A stretch of DNA of 64,000 bases, taken from positions 40,744,304-40,808,303 of the forward strand of contig NC_092671.1 in assembly GCF_964355755.1 (NCBI RefSeq), in the 5' to 3' direction. The notes under the pieces were generated by a model. That model searched no databases. It worked only from the letters and a program-made list of their open reading frames with translations, and had not been told where the DNA came from. Each line of letters begins with the position of its first letter. Positions within the stretch are counted from its first letter, which is position 1. Shown here piece by piece: positions 37,601-52,849 of the stretch. Both the position numbers and the translations under genes were made by a program. The stretch is from Antedon mediterranea (taxonomy: Eukaryota > Animalia > Echinodermata).

Positions 37601-40600
37601 CTTATCTTTGGTTGTCCTTACCTGTACAGTATTTAGGTTTATAGATTATCTTTGGTTGTCCTTACCTGTACAGTATTTAGGTTTATAGCTTATCTTTGGT
37701 TGTCCTTACCTGTCTCACAATTGCCACCAGTGAAGCCTGGTAAACAGGAGCAAGAATAGGAATCGATGTTGTCAGAACATTCACCTCCATTCAGACACGG
37801 AGAAGACTCGCATTCATTGATTTCTAGAGATGCCATTAAATTAAAATATTTATTTGTTTCATTATTATAACTTGGTCATTTGTGAGTGCATCGAAAAGAC
37901 CCCGAAACTGCACGAAACCGGCGACAGATCCACCACCATGGCTGACATTAAAAACAATCCTAGTTCGTCACATGATGATGGTTTTACCGTATTAATCTAG
38001 AATCCATTTTCAATCATTTAAAATAACCAAGACTGCTACTATTACGACTATTACTAATAAGTCAAAATCAAGTAAAGAAGGTTTAAGTTAAGGTAAAGAT
38101 TATAATTTGTAGTTACCTTCTTCACAGTTGTTACCCTGGTAACCAGGTACGCACTCACATTCATAACCATCTTCTAACTCAACGCAGATAGCTTCGTTTT
38201 GACAAGGGCTTTTTAAGCAGTATTCAGGTCCTATTAAAAGAAGGGTTTATTTCTGATAAAACCGTCAATAACTAAATTCCTGAATCCATTAAAATAATGA
38301 AAACAGATTAAGTACGTCGCTTTCTGTAATATTTATAAATTGTGCATGCTTTCAATATAATAAGTAGGCTTACTATACTTACTGTACAATACTGTGATTA
38401 GGGATTAAACATAATATATCTCCTCACAATAACAACAAAATTGACTGTTTTGAGCCCCATAAAAATGGCAATCAATACCGAAAGTATTGTTTACACTTTC
38501 ACTCAATTATTCTCTTTTTTTTTGCAGTAAATACAGATATTATTATTATTTGGAAGATGCAGTTCTCGATATAAGAAAAAAATAGTTTGGCCATTCTAAA
38601 GTAAGAACGTATCTTGTCAGGCTTTTGCTACTGTTGCATCTCCTTCATCACGTTTCATTATCTTGTTAACTTTGAGACAATTTATTTGGACTTAAAGTTT
38701 ATTGTATTGTAAGCATGTACTTAATGTGTGTACGTACCTGTGTAGAACATCCAAGACCAAGTACCAACCGCTACACATTTACTGTTAATTCTGCTATAAC
38801 GACTCGCAGTTGGAAACACTTGTACAAAGTATTTCTTGTTTCCTCTAAACTCGACTCCTTCAGTTGAGATAATCATGGCTTTAGGATTATCAATTGGAAA
38901 TCTTACTAAGTCGGATGTCGCTGGTTCAATATCTAATAAATATTTTCCAGAACGTTTAAAGATTTTCACGGCAGCCGGAGCTGTATCAGTTGTTATCTGT
39001 TGATAAAATTGAAATGTGTCTTATGTTTAGAATTGTGTCAACACATTTATTTTAGTAAGTTATAACCAATGAATTATTTTAAAACTACTGTACTTACATT
39101 TTCGTTAAAGGTAATTGTAATTTCACTCTTTCTTGCTGATATTGTTGAAAGCGGGGATGGGTCTGATAACATCGGGTTTACTTCTACCATTTCACCTATT
39201 TATGAATAATACATCATTACTAATATTTGTCTGGTATATAACATAACGATCGTTTAATATTGCGTACTATTGCACGCAATGTGATCCACATTCGTCCAAT
39301 CAAATTTATTTAGGTGTTATATAATATAAACTATATAACGAGTTTTTGGAGTCAGTTTTATGTTATTTAAACATAATCAGTGCATCTATTGGTAGTAGGC
39401 TATCATGTCTCAATGTTTAAATTAGGCCAAACGTATAAACATACTTACTTATAATTACTAGAGACATACACGTTTGGTCACTTGACATTCTGAAAATAGT
39501 TAAATTGAGATATAATAATGATGCCAATCCAGAGTGTAGCGTTCATGTTTTCACAAAACGACGATTCACAAAACGACGAATTAAGTTTTGATAGGTATGT
39601 ATGTCTCCCTCATCACTGTCGGGTAATTTTAAATAGGTCAGAATTTAAAGCTTAAGTACTAAATCCTCTTTCATATACCGGTGGTATTCGGCATCTTTTG
39701 TGTGTCAAACAATGATATTATTGAGCTATTACTTTGCTAAAAAACAGTTAGAGAAAATGCCGTATTAGTTGTTTGTTTCGCGATTTCCATGTAAAACAAT
39801 GTCGTTCACTATATTTCAAACGAAAGCACAAATTTAATGGGGCATACCAGATTAATCTGTAATTACTTTCATTGCATGGCCAACTCTCAGATATTATTGT
39901 GGATTAGTTGAATTACAGTAATGAAATATTTATCACATTATTGATTTCAATGAATATTATTGAATGTAATAACTTACTTCTTGCTGTCTGTGGCATAATA
40001 ACATAGAATCTTCTCTCCTACTTGGTCTGGGCTCGGTGTCCACGTCACATTCACAAAATAGTCGGTTTTAGATCCGGGTAGTTTTGCTAAAGAAGATTTC
40101 CTCATTCCAACAGGAGAGATGGTTTGAATCTCCTTAATGCTACACAAGTTTAATATTACGAAACACATAAATGAAACCAGTATTTGTTTTACTTATTTGA
40201 ACTTGTTGACAATTCTATAATGATTATGGTCCATTGGTATTAACTACCGTGTCTATCAATTCAACACCATCAGTATGCACGGCACGATGCATTAAAACAT
40301 TAAAACGCCCCAAAAATGTACTTAGTTTAGGAACACTTGTTATTTTGTCTCTATCCAAATAATAATACTGATATTTCTCACCTTATATCAGGCCTACTAC
40401 TTCGTGCAATAAGCTGGGTACTAAAAGTCTCCCCTACTGAAACAACATAGCAGGCACTGAGGGCATTTGGCTCGATGAACACTGGAAATACATCACAGTT
40501 TGATTCTGAAAATAGAACTCATTATTAGATTGATGATGCCGAAAAGGCCAAGTACAGTATACAAGTTTAGAAAGTACCATCGTTAAGCAGATGTAGGGCT

Positions 40601-43600
40601 TTAGGTTTGTAGTGACAGTTTGACAGTCTTTTGGTTCGTTGGGGTCTAGGTGAATTTGAACCATTATAAACATTTAGCAGGAATAACACATACATGTTTA
40701 TTTTACTTTAAACTATATAAACTATAAAAAAATAGAATAAAAACCTAACATTTATCATTTGGTTAGTGAATTGGCCTACTGGTTGTTCTAATAAACGCCA
40801 TAATAAAATAAGTCATACGTGATCACAAATTAATATATTGATTTTGTTGTATTGAACCTCCTTTCAAGGGTTATGCTGTTAACGGCTTTCAAGAATTCTT
40901 GGCAAGTTGATTTAGCTGCCACGTCTCAATAGTTTACGACTGGCACACCAATTATGAAGTCACGTACATGTAAACCTTCCAATAGGGCCCCTGGTTATGG
41001 CTTAGTAAATCACGCTGTCAAAAGTTTCCCAAATAAAGGAAGCCACTTGGAATGTTATCTTTTATTCTTACCACGTGAAAAAAAGTTTTTACTTTATTTT
41101 ATTGAACCGTAAGAGAAAATATTCGTTATCAGTGTTCACATCGTAATTTGAACAATGTATGTATACACATTGATTATTATAAATAGAAAATTATAGCAAT
41201 AATAGCACATCATGATTTCAATCATAGAAGAATCACTGATCGGTGGTTAGTATAGTCACTTCATAATTATAACCAATGTCAATGTCAAACTATCCAGTTA
41301 TTAAAAATGATTACCCACCAATAATTTGTAACAATTGGCGATGACAACGAATGTATAAATTAGAAATGGACAAGAATTCAACCACATTTCATGTTCATTT
41401 GGCTAATAAACATTACGGAAAGTTGACATGGTTTAGCTATGCTTTGAGAAAGATTTGTATAGATATAACTAAAACAGTCTTATAAGATAATTTTACATTT
41501 TATCTTTATAAACCCGATCAATTCATTAAGAAATTCAGCGATCCATGCAACATGTCTGGCAAACGCTTTTGTACGATAAATAAATCAGGTAATTGATGAT
41601 ACAGCGCGAAGGAGTTATGTTGATGAAGGAAATTATTTTATTATGCGACGACACAACACCAAAAAAATCATCGTTTAACAATTATTCACAAGCATTTGCT
41701 ACGGCATAATGTGTCATTTGTAAACATACATAAACATCAGTATCCTCAGTTTCGATTTCATTTTGACCTACTGTACAGTAATAGGGCCTAGATCATACGG
41801 ACGTAACGGATAAACATCATCATGTCATCTACGCAATGAAAAGGAAGGAAATACATATTGCCATGATGCAGTAATTGTCTTATGAAGTTGTATGATCCAT
41901 GTAACATAATGTTCTTCGTGTAACCAATTGAAAGTTGTATGATCCATGTAACATATAATGTTCTTCGTGTAACCAATTGAATGTAACCAATTGAATGTAA
42001 CCGTTTAATATTTTCAATAGTTACGTGATGGAGTGAAGAGTACAGCGCTGTACGCTAGCGTCACGTTCCATCTATAATGTTAAAAAAATAGAGATTTGTA
42101 TCTCGCCGCTGTATTCATGGCTTCTCTACTAATTTCTTGTTGATTGAAACTTGTTTAAAAAAAATTATTATCACACAATCAGTTTCTCTCTCATAAATTC
42201 CTATACGTGACTACTCCTCACCGGGTGTTCAGTTTGTAATGGACTTGTGTTGATATATATAGAGAGTGATCGACCTTTCAAAATCAACCCTTAAACTATA
42301 CTCCTACTACTCATAAACTCAACAATATTATGAGTTATAATAATTTGTTTTTCATCACATTTTTTATTCAAAATAATAAAAAAATTGAGTATGAATCGGA
42401 GCCTACCTGAATCAAAAACGTTGACGAGGAATTGTAGAGGAACAGCACTGAGAGCATCATCCGGGTAATCTACGGCAAAGTCTTCAATCATGACAGCAGC
42501 AGCGTACCATCCTATATCACCTGATGCATCGAAAGTTAGTTTACATCGCATCTATAAAAAACATACAAAGGAAATTACTTTTACTTCATTTATTTGAAAT
42601 ATACACACAATTACATATCTCTTTATTTAAAAAATACTGATGGATTTAACAGATTGACAGATTGTGTGAAAATTACAAGTAAAAATAAACATTTTAAAAA
42701 ATAAATACAAAATTCAAACGACGATTAACCCCCATCCCGCCCCACAAAAAAAAAAGAAAAAAAATAAGAAAAGGCAAGAGGGTCATCAGAACAATACATG
42801 ATGCCTAATAATAACATTACAATTAAACAATTGTTGTATGTTTATCTGGAACAGACCATTTATGTCGATTACGTGTGGTTTGTCACTAGACATATTTTTA
42901 CGATTACATTTAAATCAATTAACATTAGACAATTCAGAGTTGTATCGAAAATATCCCCTTGATGCAAATAATAAAGCAGCGACATCACTTGATTTCCCCT
43001 TTGTATTGCACAAAATATAGATGGTAGTCTAATTCAATACATATAAATACACAATGCATTTTATTAAATGAATTGCTTTACTAAAAGTCTATTATTAAAA
43101 TGTAATTTTACCGCATACCTTTGATTAGAATGAAGAATAGGAAAATACAGTACATGTATCCTCAATTTCATATACTTGAATTGTTGAAACCAACAAAGAC
43201 GGTTGATACGGCACTCTAACAATGATCATTATAACTATTTTGTGCATTGGAATTTTAGATAAAGCTTGAACTTATGGAATACGTTAAACCTAAACCATGG
43301 TACTTTATTATTAGCCAGGGAAATATCTTGATTCAAAAAAAAAATTTGTAATTAACCGAAATATTAACATCAGTAATTTTTAGTTCGGAATGGTTACATT
43401 TACTTTCTATAAAGTGTATGTGGCATCAAGCACTGTATCGTTTCATTATTAAGTATATGTATTTTTAGATGAATGACTTTATCTCGTGCATAGAATATGC
43501 ATGGTTGCCTGTTATATAATTTGCAGTCGGGCAGCAAAGTGGTTGACCTCGCGAATTATTACCAAATCAAAATTTGAATTGCCGCCATCTTGGAATCGCG

Positions 43601-46600
43601 ATAAAGCAAGTAGTGCGGAATTACAAAATGCAGCAAAAAAATGTTCAATAACATTTAAATAGCATATTCATACAATTAAATTTATATTAATAAAATTCAA
43701 CTAAGGAGTTTACGAAAGATAGGCTACTTAAGAAATACTGCCGAGATCGGTTCCCCCACACGGCGTAGGGTACCGCAGTGCTAAGGGGCCTAGGTAGGAA
43801 AAAATCTGATTTTACCCGTTAAACATGCTTGAACCAAGGCCATTTTAATATATATTATCCAGATTATATATCAAAACAAACTGATAAAAGGATTTGTTGA
43901 TTTGCTTCTGATGAGAAAAGTGCCGGATTCATTTCGCTGACGGCGAATGAATACACGAATTTTCGCCATTTTCTAGCACTAGCCTTGGGTACCCAGACAG
44001 CTGATAACGATTATATTCGATTGTCCAGACGTCTCTGCTACTGGTGCTCAATACTACAGTATGTATTACCATGGACCTATAGATCCATGGTATTACTGTA
44101 CATATAGTACTGTATGTTTAGTTTTTGCTTTCTTTATGGCAAAATAAATATTTAATTTTTATTATTGCTTATTTTCCTTTAACTTTATCCAAGAAGTACA
44201 TATTATTATATATATGCATATTACAGTCAAGTTGCAACTGCCACGAATCCACTCCACTTTGGTTACTAACTAAATAATTAATACAGTAGTATAACATCAT
44301 ATAACTAACAAACAAATTAAAAAGTTAATAAATTAACCACCATTAAATAATTTTATTTACACAAAAGTATTTTACATACAGTATAACATGTAATATCTTG
44401 TTTACATCGAAGTAAAATATGCCTATCAAACTATCTTGCTCAGGCTAAAATATCAAGTTATATGTCAATATTTGAGTTAAATCATCGCGATAATAAACAT
44501 TTTTATTTATTTTTTTATTTTTAAAGACATCTGTTACGTACATCAATTTACAAATATCAAAATAGGATTGTTTTTGCAGCACAAGATGAATCACAAGTCG
44601 GATAGTTTATTCTTAGAAACCTGAAAGAAAAAAAACACCAATAATGAGCTATTCATAGTTAAATAATTTTAATGTCAACTTTAGTCATCCTAAATTGTGT
44701 CGCCATGATCACTACTACTATACTGTATATATAAATATCATACTATGTACGACCATCCAAATTACCTCATCCTACCTACAGTCCTTCCTAGCCTAGGCTA
44801 CATTATTGTCATTACAAACCTCCAACAGCCACAACATATTTTCTTTTCTTTGGCAAAGAATTTCCCGTAATATAGTCCTAAATTAATTAAATAAATTAAA
44901 AGGTCTAGGCCTAGGACTTTCTTTAAATATCCGACGATATATATCCATAATTCAGTGGATATAGATTCAACATTTTAAACATAATATGGCTTCACATTGA
45001 TTATAATAAGTCGGCGGTATGCCACTAAAAACTAGCCTGCGGCCCTCTCTATCCCTCTACAAATAGCACTGGGTTTCCGTCAAATGGGCTAGCCTAGGCC
45101 TAGATAATACAAGTTGGGTACATTTTTTTACAACCAAATAATCTACAATTATATTGCAATATTTACCAAACTAGCACCAAATCCAAAATAATAAAGCTAC
45201 TAATAACATATTTTGGTATATTAACTGGTTTAAAAACGGATTGCACATAGTGATTTTGAAGGATTGAAATTACTCAACCACACGGCCTGTACTAAACATA
45301 AGAATCCAAGATGGAGTCTGCTTAGAATATATCCCCAGCTTTGAACGGATATTGAATCCGTCCCACAAGCTGAACCAAGCTTAAACTTTCAGAAAAGATA
45401 GATTAATAACCTAATAACCAACCACTAAGTTTTTATAAAGGTTCCGTGCTGATGAGAAAAGTGCCGGATTCCCTACGAAACCAAACAAATAAATCATGTA
45501 GCCTACCTCAACCAACACCTCCATCTGCACTTTTTTCTTCAATAAGCTCTGTCGTCATTTCCTGGGCTATTTATACCAAAATTTTGTGGCGGGAATAATC
45601 TTCCATATTAGGAGTAACAATTTCCAAATATAGAAAGATATAATTTAACCCGGATGGTGGAAATTGCAGCAGATTTGTAAGGGTATTCCCATGCAAAATG
45701 CTTGCCGCGAAGTGAAAAGCGAACCGGAAGTCACTATAACTTGGCGACGCTCAGTGACCTGCGCAGTTAAAAAACAGCGTTTTAACGGTTAAATGAGCAC
45801 TTTGCTGCTCGACTGTTTGTGTATACTTCTTGACTGTAAAATATGCGGTGATTTGAACTTGTTACTGACCTACTCGTGGTCAATGTAAACAGTTTGATAA
45901 ATGGCTATATATTGGCGTTTATTGGTAAACAGTTTCAGACCTCCAAATCCAGAGTTTAATTTCACTGTGACATCATCCTCGGATAGTAATATTGATCATT
46001 TTTATATGAATCAATAACTTGTGCCATTTTGGAATGTACGTCGAAGCCTCTTAGATACCAACATTAGAAATGTATCATTCCCTTAATTATTTGTCATTGG
46101 ATAACCCTCATTTCATTTTTACTTCATTATTTATTCGGTCTATTTCAGTATAATTATACATAACAAACAAAATGAAATTGGGGAGATTAGGCTAAGTGAA
46201 CTATTATTATTACTGTAGCTGAGCCGGTTGACCCAACCCCAAAGTCAGTTTACACACAAAAGACACAAAATACAGTTAAAGCGAATCAAAATGAATGTGA
46301 ACTTTTCTAATGAAGGCTGATGGGCTTCTCCGCTATGCGTGTTATTCAAAGGAAGGATTATGATATACTTTATGGTCTTGTGCGTCTATTTAGTGCATTA
46401 TTATACAAGGAAGGATTATGATATACTTTATGGTCTTGTGCGTCTATTTAGTGCATTATTATACAAGGAAGGATTATGATATACTTATGGTCTTGTGCGT
46501 CTATTTAGTGCATTATTATACAAGGAAGGATTATGATATACTTATGGTCTTGTGCGTCTATTTAGTGCATTATTATACTCCATAATTGAATACAATATAA

Positions 46601-49600
46601 AATGCACCTCGATCCCTGTCAATTATTACAATTTTAACCACAGGTTTGTCACCTATATTCTCTTCGGGCCATAAAGTATGCTTAGTAAATATCACTTAAT
46701 ACCTTTTTAAATAATTTAAAATATTCTTTAGTAAATCAATCTGCTATCAATATATCTAGTAATAATAGTTAATACGGTGTGTCGTATTTTGAATAATGTA
46801 TTAATAATTAATACTGTCGTAATGGAGTAAACTGAAGTAATTTTTCACAAAATAATTGCAATTCTCTATATGAATGATAACATTTTATATTTTACCTCGT
46901 CAAGTTGAAATTTGTCAGGTTGATCACAAGCAACCTCATCTTGTCGTCTGTTATTTTTTGGTATACATTCACCTAATGCCTCTTTTGGCCAACGACATCG
47001 TACATCATCTTCATTAGGATCAATTACTGAATTTATTAAAAACAAAAACAGTATAATTATCGAAATAATCTAAATTAAAATGTAAATGAATTTCAAACAT
47101 GAAAATAAATGTAGGCATATTACCTGGGACAGTGATTTGTCTGTCACAACCCTTCGGAATCCTTATTATTGGCAGCATAGACGTCACGGGAGAGGAGTTT
47201 AGTAAACCATTGTCCGGTCGTGGATTCAGATTTATACGTGGTACAATTGACCAGCCTATTGCATCACCGAAATTCTCAAGTTCAATCCAACAGCAATCAA
47301 CGAACCTGAATAAGTTAAATGATCAAAATGTAAATTTACCATATGTGCAAATGACATTGAATGTATGCATCATCTTACAGAAGTTAATGTAATTATTGCC
47401 TTGGTTTAAACGTCACGAGAATCTCTATTCAATGGAAAGAATTAGGATTCAATTGGTATATCTGTTGTTGTTGTGTGTTAAATTCAAAATATTCAGGAAA
47501 CTGTCAGCAGTTTTTATATTAATAATACAGACTTTGCTACAGGTAATTTGGTCGTGTGTCATTGTGTGTGACTGGTCAAGTTATCAATGTCGGTCTAATG
47601 GGTCCCAAATATCAAATACCATCAAGTATTCTTTAACAGATAAAAGCAAAACTTAGAAATCAGTGGACTTTATCAAAGTAAATAGGCTTAGACAATACTG
47701 CTTTTGTCCGTGAACTTTCGGGAAGAGACTGTAAGGTTGTCTTTTGAAACAAACAAATCGGAAGTAACAAAAAAGTATTTACAAATTAAATACATATAGG
47801 CCAATGTTCCTAGATGAACAGGGTTAGGAAAACGTTTTATTTAAAAGAACAACAAAACCCAGGCGGGAGGCCTACGGCCTGGTGTTAGAAGTTAACACGC
47901 GATAGGTTGTTTTGTTTCGCTTATTCACAAGTTATTAGACGCAGGTAGTGTAAAAGGTAAGCCGCCGCAAGGGGTTTGTCTCAACTCTGCTACATGATGG
48001 AATGTCATACAAGTGATGTAGCAGACATACAGGCATGAATCAAGAATGGGTCTATTCATTTCAACTATTTCTAACTACCTGTCAGCACGCTGTTTTCGTC
48101 ACTACTGTTTCGACAAAATTATGCATGGACAAGTTATGGAATACTTTGTGGCCTGTTGTAATAAACAAGATATAACGAAAATAGTCCATTGGTAGTCCTA
48201 ATGTAATAATATGAAAACCGATTTAAATTTTCTTTCATATTAGGCTTGGATTATTATAAATCAATGGGCTTGGCTGATATAACATAATTCGAATACAATA
48301 AACTTATAGAGACTTATTTAACAGTCTGGTACAAACTCTCACAGCCAAATTTCTTTTGTGAAGTGCTGCATCAGGCAAAGCACATAATATTTTAGTATAA
48401 CCAAATCGTAATTTTCTTACTACAGTAATAATTACCCTCGGTATTGCGTTTAAGTTCCAAGAGAATGCATTGAAATAAATATTTCTTGTAAAATTTCTGA
48501 TGGATTATAGGCCCCCTTGTTCGAATCACATTTGTTTTAATATAGTTACTCGTATATAGGCCTATTAACACATTTTTAATGTTAAAACATTCTCTTATGT
48601 TCACTAAACTTTTAATACCATGACAACCCAAACATTTATATTAAAATCGGATGTTGCAATTATGCGCGAACTACTAAAAGCACCCCAGAGTCTTTTGAAA
48701 AGCGCCCCATGGTCATTAAAAGACGCCCTTGGGTTGAGGTTGTATTACAAATGCCAACGGGACGCCGCACACAAAATGTACCAAAAAATCCAAACAAACA
48801 ATGGTCGATGATCTTAAATATAAAGAAAGCAATATTTGTGCACGTGTGTAAATCCAGTATCTTGTGAACACACTTTATGTACAATACCATTACTACTTTA
48901 ATTAGCGATTCTACGTAGACTAGGATTAGCCAATAGTAACAAGATTGCCAAAACACATTCTTTTAATTTTTCTCCGAGAGAATAAAAAAACACATTCTAC
49001 ATCCTCCTTGATGCAAAATTCCAATATATTGAAAAAAGATGTTTTTTGGATATCCATAAATTATTACAATTTAACAACAAACCTTTAAAAAATTAGTTAT
49101 TGAGTAGTAAAAAGTAGGGTAGTGCAGTAAGTAGTGAAACTGATGGAGTTTGTAAGGTGAGTAGTTCTACTTATCGAAAGTTGATCACCATCCCTGGGGT
49201 AAGACTTTGATTCGTATTGTCTGCCCTTTCGTTGGGGTTCATAATTACTTGGGAGGTCTTACTCTGATTTTCAATTAGACCAAATGTAAATTCCCAGAAC
49301 ACATTTATGTTCATAAACTTTAAATGAGATTACAGTATAAAATATTTGAAAACAACAGCATAATTAACTAATAATTTTAAAAAGAGAGGAATAAGTTGCC
49401 AAATTAGGTATATCTTATCAAGATTAAACATTTGTAAATCATCACTATACAGTTTTGTGGGTTTAATACTAATATAGACTTGGAAACTGTGTCTTTTTTT
49501 TTAGGAAATCAGGTAATATCTGCTTTTCCACCAGGCAATCTTTCGTTTTAAGTGTGCTCTTAATTTGTTTCCTTCCTATTAAGTTATCTATCTAATGAAA

Positions 49601-52600
49601 CATTTTAATGTCATTTTTTCATGATTAGTTACAGATTTGTTAACTAGTCTTGAGACAAGTCCAAGTTCCATTATTGTCATACCGTAATATGTTGAATGTC
49701 GAATAGTACATTACTGATAAGGGTAATTGCGGGATGTTTCTGATTGATCTAGACTTTTACAGTTTCTGAAAGTCAACTTGTTATATAGTAGGATCTTTCA
49801 GCTTGTCGGTTGAGTTTTTGTGTCAGGGAGTTGAGTAATTATCAGATGTTTTGCCCTACTCTGACGTATTTGTACTTTATACTAAGTAATTTGAGAATAA
49901 TCGTTTAATAATAAATATGTTTAACTTACTTCATTTGAAAGGATTTATCCATTCCTTTTTTTAATTTAAATGTATGTGTACCGATTCCTGTAATCCAGTT
50001 TTCTTCCAAACTCAAATCCGTACATTGGTATTTTAATCGAATCTTTGCTTCAGTACATGTTTCACATTCTAAATAAGATTCTCCCCAAAGTTTTGTTCGT
50101 GAATCAATTGCCTCTTGTGTACACTCGTCGTGTGGTCGGTTGTCTCTTCGCCACGAAACACGATACGAAACTCGAATCTGTCAAAATATAAGATTAGTGA
50201 AACTTATTTATAGGCCTATTATTATTGTTTTTAAATTAATTACACATATTTGTATATGGGGTGTAGAGGAAAAGCAAAAGTTAAAAAAAAACCACCCTGT
50301 CATGCAACAAACTACAATACAAATTTTAAAATAGTATATTGTAATTGTCTATAATAAATAAGTTAAGTAAAAACGTTCATTGTAAAATGTCATGTTATGT
50401 CATGTCATGTCATGTCATGTCATGTTAAAAAACAATAGTGATTCAAATATTCATACAGTCGTCATCATATTGATTCCAGTCATTAAAAATCAATACAAGA
50501 TTATTTATAATCATACACATAGCTATAACTAAAACATACAGTTTGTCTTGATTTTATTATAAAGTTTATATAGAAATAACCACTAGGCCTAATATTGTTT
50601 AACATTTAAATAAATAAACATTTTATTTGGCGAAATAGAATAATTTCTACGCTTAATATTGAAATGTAGGCCTATGTATTGGTCACGCTAGTATTATTTT
50701 ACATATTATATGAAATGTCAACTTTTAGTAAATTTGAAATAAACAGAATACCACCTGTTGAGATGGAAACGCCTGTTTGTGGTGACAAAATGGTATTATA
50801 TACACGGCCCTCGCAGTGGTTAGTTAATCATCATAATTCATGTGTATGTAGCTCTTCCATTAAATAATTACATTATAATAAGACAAAATCACTACTTTCA
50901 ATAAACTTGTCATCTGGACGTAATTAACGCAGGGGCCGATATATTTTATAAAATGCAATATTAACGTGTATATAGCATATTCGATTAGTAATATGTGATT
51001 TGGTAATTATCCGTAACAGGTATCCTATGGTGCTACATCGCATTGCATACTATGATTGTGGTGAGATTCAATCATCTACTTAATATCCATTCCACTTTTC
51101 AGACCAAAAACTATATTATAAACTATATTGACAAAGACCAAGCATCGGACTTACCAATATTAGCCATAATACTATATTGCAAGACCACGCATTACTAATA
51201 TTAGACATACTATAGGCAAGTTATGAATTGGGATGTTTACACATTTGTACTGTATAATAATTAATAAGTAATGTTTTAAAATTCGATATTGATTGATGAT
51301 AAATTCATGTTTGCATTCATATGTAGATCTGTTAATCTAATGATCTAAAATAATGTTTACCTTATATGGATCTTGAATAATAAAATAGGATTGGTAAATA
51401 CCGTGCTAAATGTCAGTCTATATGCAAACTATGCAATTAAGTTAACGTACTAAACGATATGAATTCATTAAAATTAATTGAAGTAGATTCCAAAGATCAA
51501 GAAAGATAAATTATCTTTGTCTTGATATAAATGGCTGTTTTAATCTTGATTGCGGTTTATGTACTGGTTTCAAACTATTATGCCTCAACATACATTGGTC
51601 ATGCAAAGATGAAATTGGATTCTTTGTCTACTACAGCAGCCATTTTATGGAAACTTTAATTACAACAGAGGTTATTAGATGAGTAAGCGTACATCTTTTT
51701 TGGCGAAGGTTTTAAACCTTGAGAACTTTAGATAAGTTGTTTCCTTTTAGCCTAATCATTCATCTAACATCATATAGTAAAGTTAAAGTTCACCGTACTT
51801 CGTAGTAAAAGGATTCTCATCGTATACAAAGAGTTTTTACATTTTTTTATCAATAGATAGTAGCTTTAATGTGTTGCCAACATTTATCCCGGTTGTCTAA
51901 ACACCAATAATAACTCATAATTTAAACAAAATGACTAATTAATGAAATGATAATAATATATAAAATTAAAGCCGTAATTCTCTACCTCTACGTCCACATA
52001 GTTTCCGTTTAATGGAAACAGAAGACGAAGCAATGTACAAGATTTTTTCTTCGTCTTCCGTTCCGTGAAACAGAAGACAAAGCAATGTACAAGATTTATT
52101 CTTCGTCTTCCGTTCCGTGAAACAGAAGACAAAGCAATGTACAAGATTTTTTCTTCGTCTTCCGTTCCGTGAAACGGAACAGTGAATGTAGCTTAATAAT
52201 CGCAAAAACTATGATAGAGTAGTAATATTAAATGATAGGCCTGATTAACATACCGATATAAATAGATGATATGAATACTTATAATAGGATATGTTCGAAT
52301 GGAAACATTTTTTAAAACATTCATACACATAATTAACGGGATACTCTGTCTCGGTATTAATAGTTCAACAATATATTATTGACAGACATTATGTCAAGTA
52401 GGTCTAGCCGTTTGTATTATTAAGTTGGAAGGAATATAAATAAAGCGTATACTCTGTTTGTTTGAGGTAAAACATCGAATCAAACATGCCTGTCTTCTTG
52501 ATTATTTCGAAACAAATTTACGTTAACCTCATACCGATATAGTGCTATTTTTTCTTCATTTATTATAAATATTTGCAATACTACCTAGATCTTGAATCAT

Positions 52601-52812
52601 GAATTATTTATTAAGTCGGATTGATTGATTGATTTTATACGATATTCATACAAGAAAGTTAAAATATACAATGTACAAAAATAATACCAGGATAACCCAT
52701 TAAGTCGACAAATAAAAGTAAACTTATTTCCAATGGGGTCCAATCCGTATTAACTTAAGAAGGATAGTGATTGAATTTGCTTATGGTTATCCTTGGCAAT
52801 TTGCCTAAATAT

Positions 52813-52849
<37 letters not shown>

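Noticed and set aside
40506-40673. 79-aa ORF as an extra exon
   Set aside because: The candidate donor is phase-incompatible, and the direct join 42407 to 40505 fits the paralog.
45441-45490. Hammerhead-like CTGATGA...GAAA
   Set aside because: Stems I-III cannot be paired convincingly; no suitably spaced C/D snoRNA boxes either.
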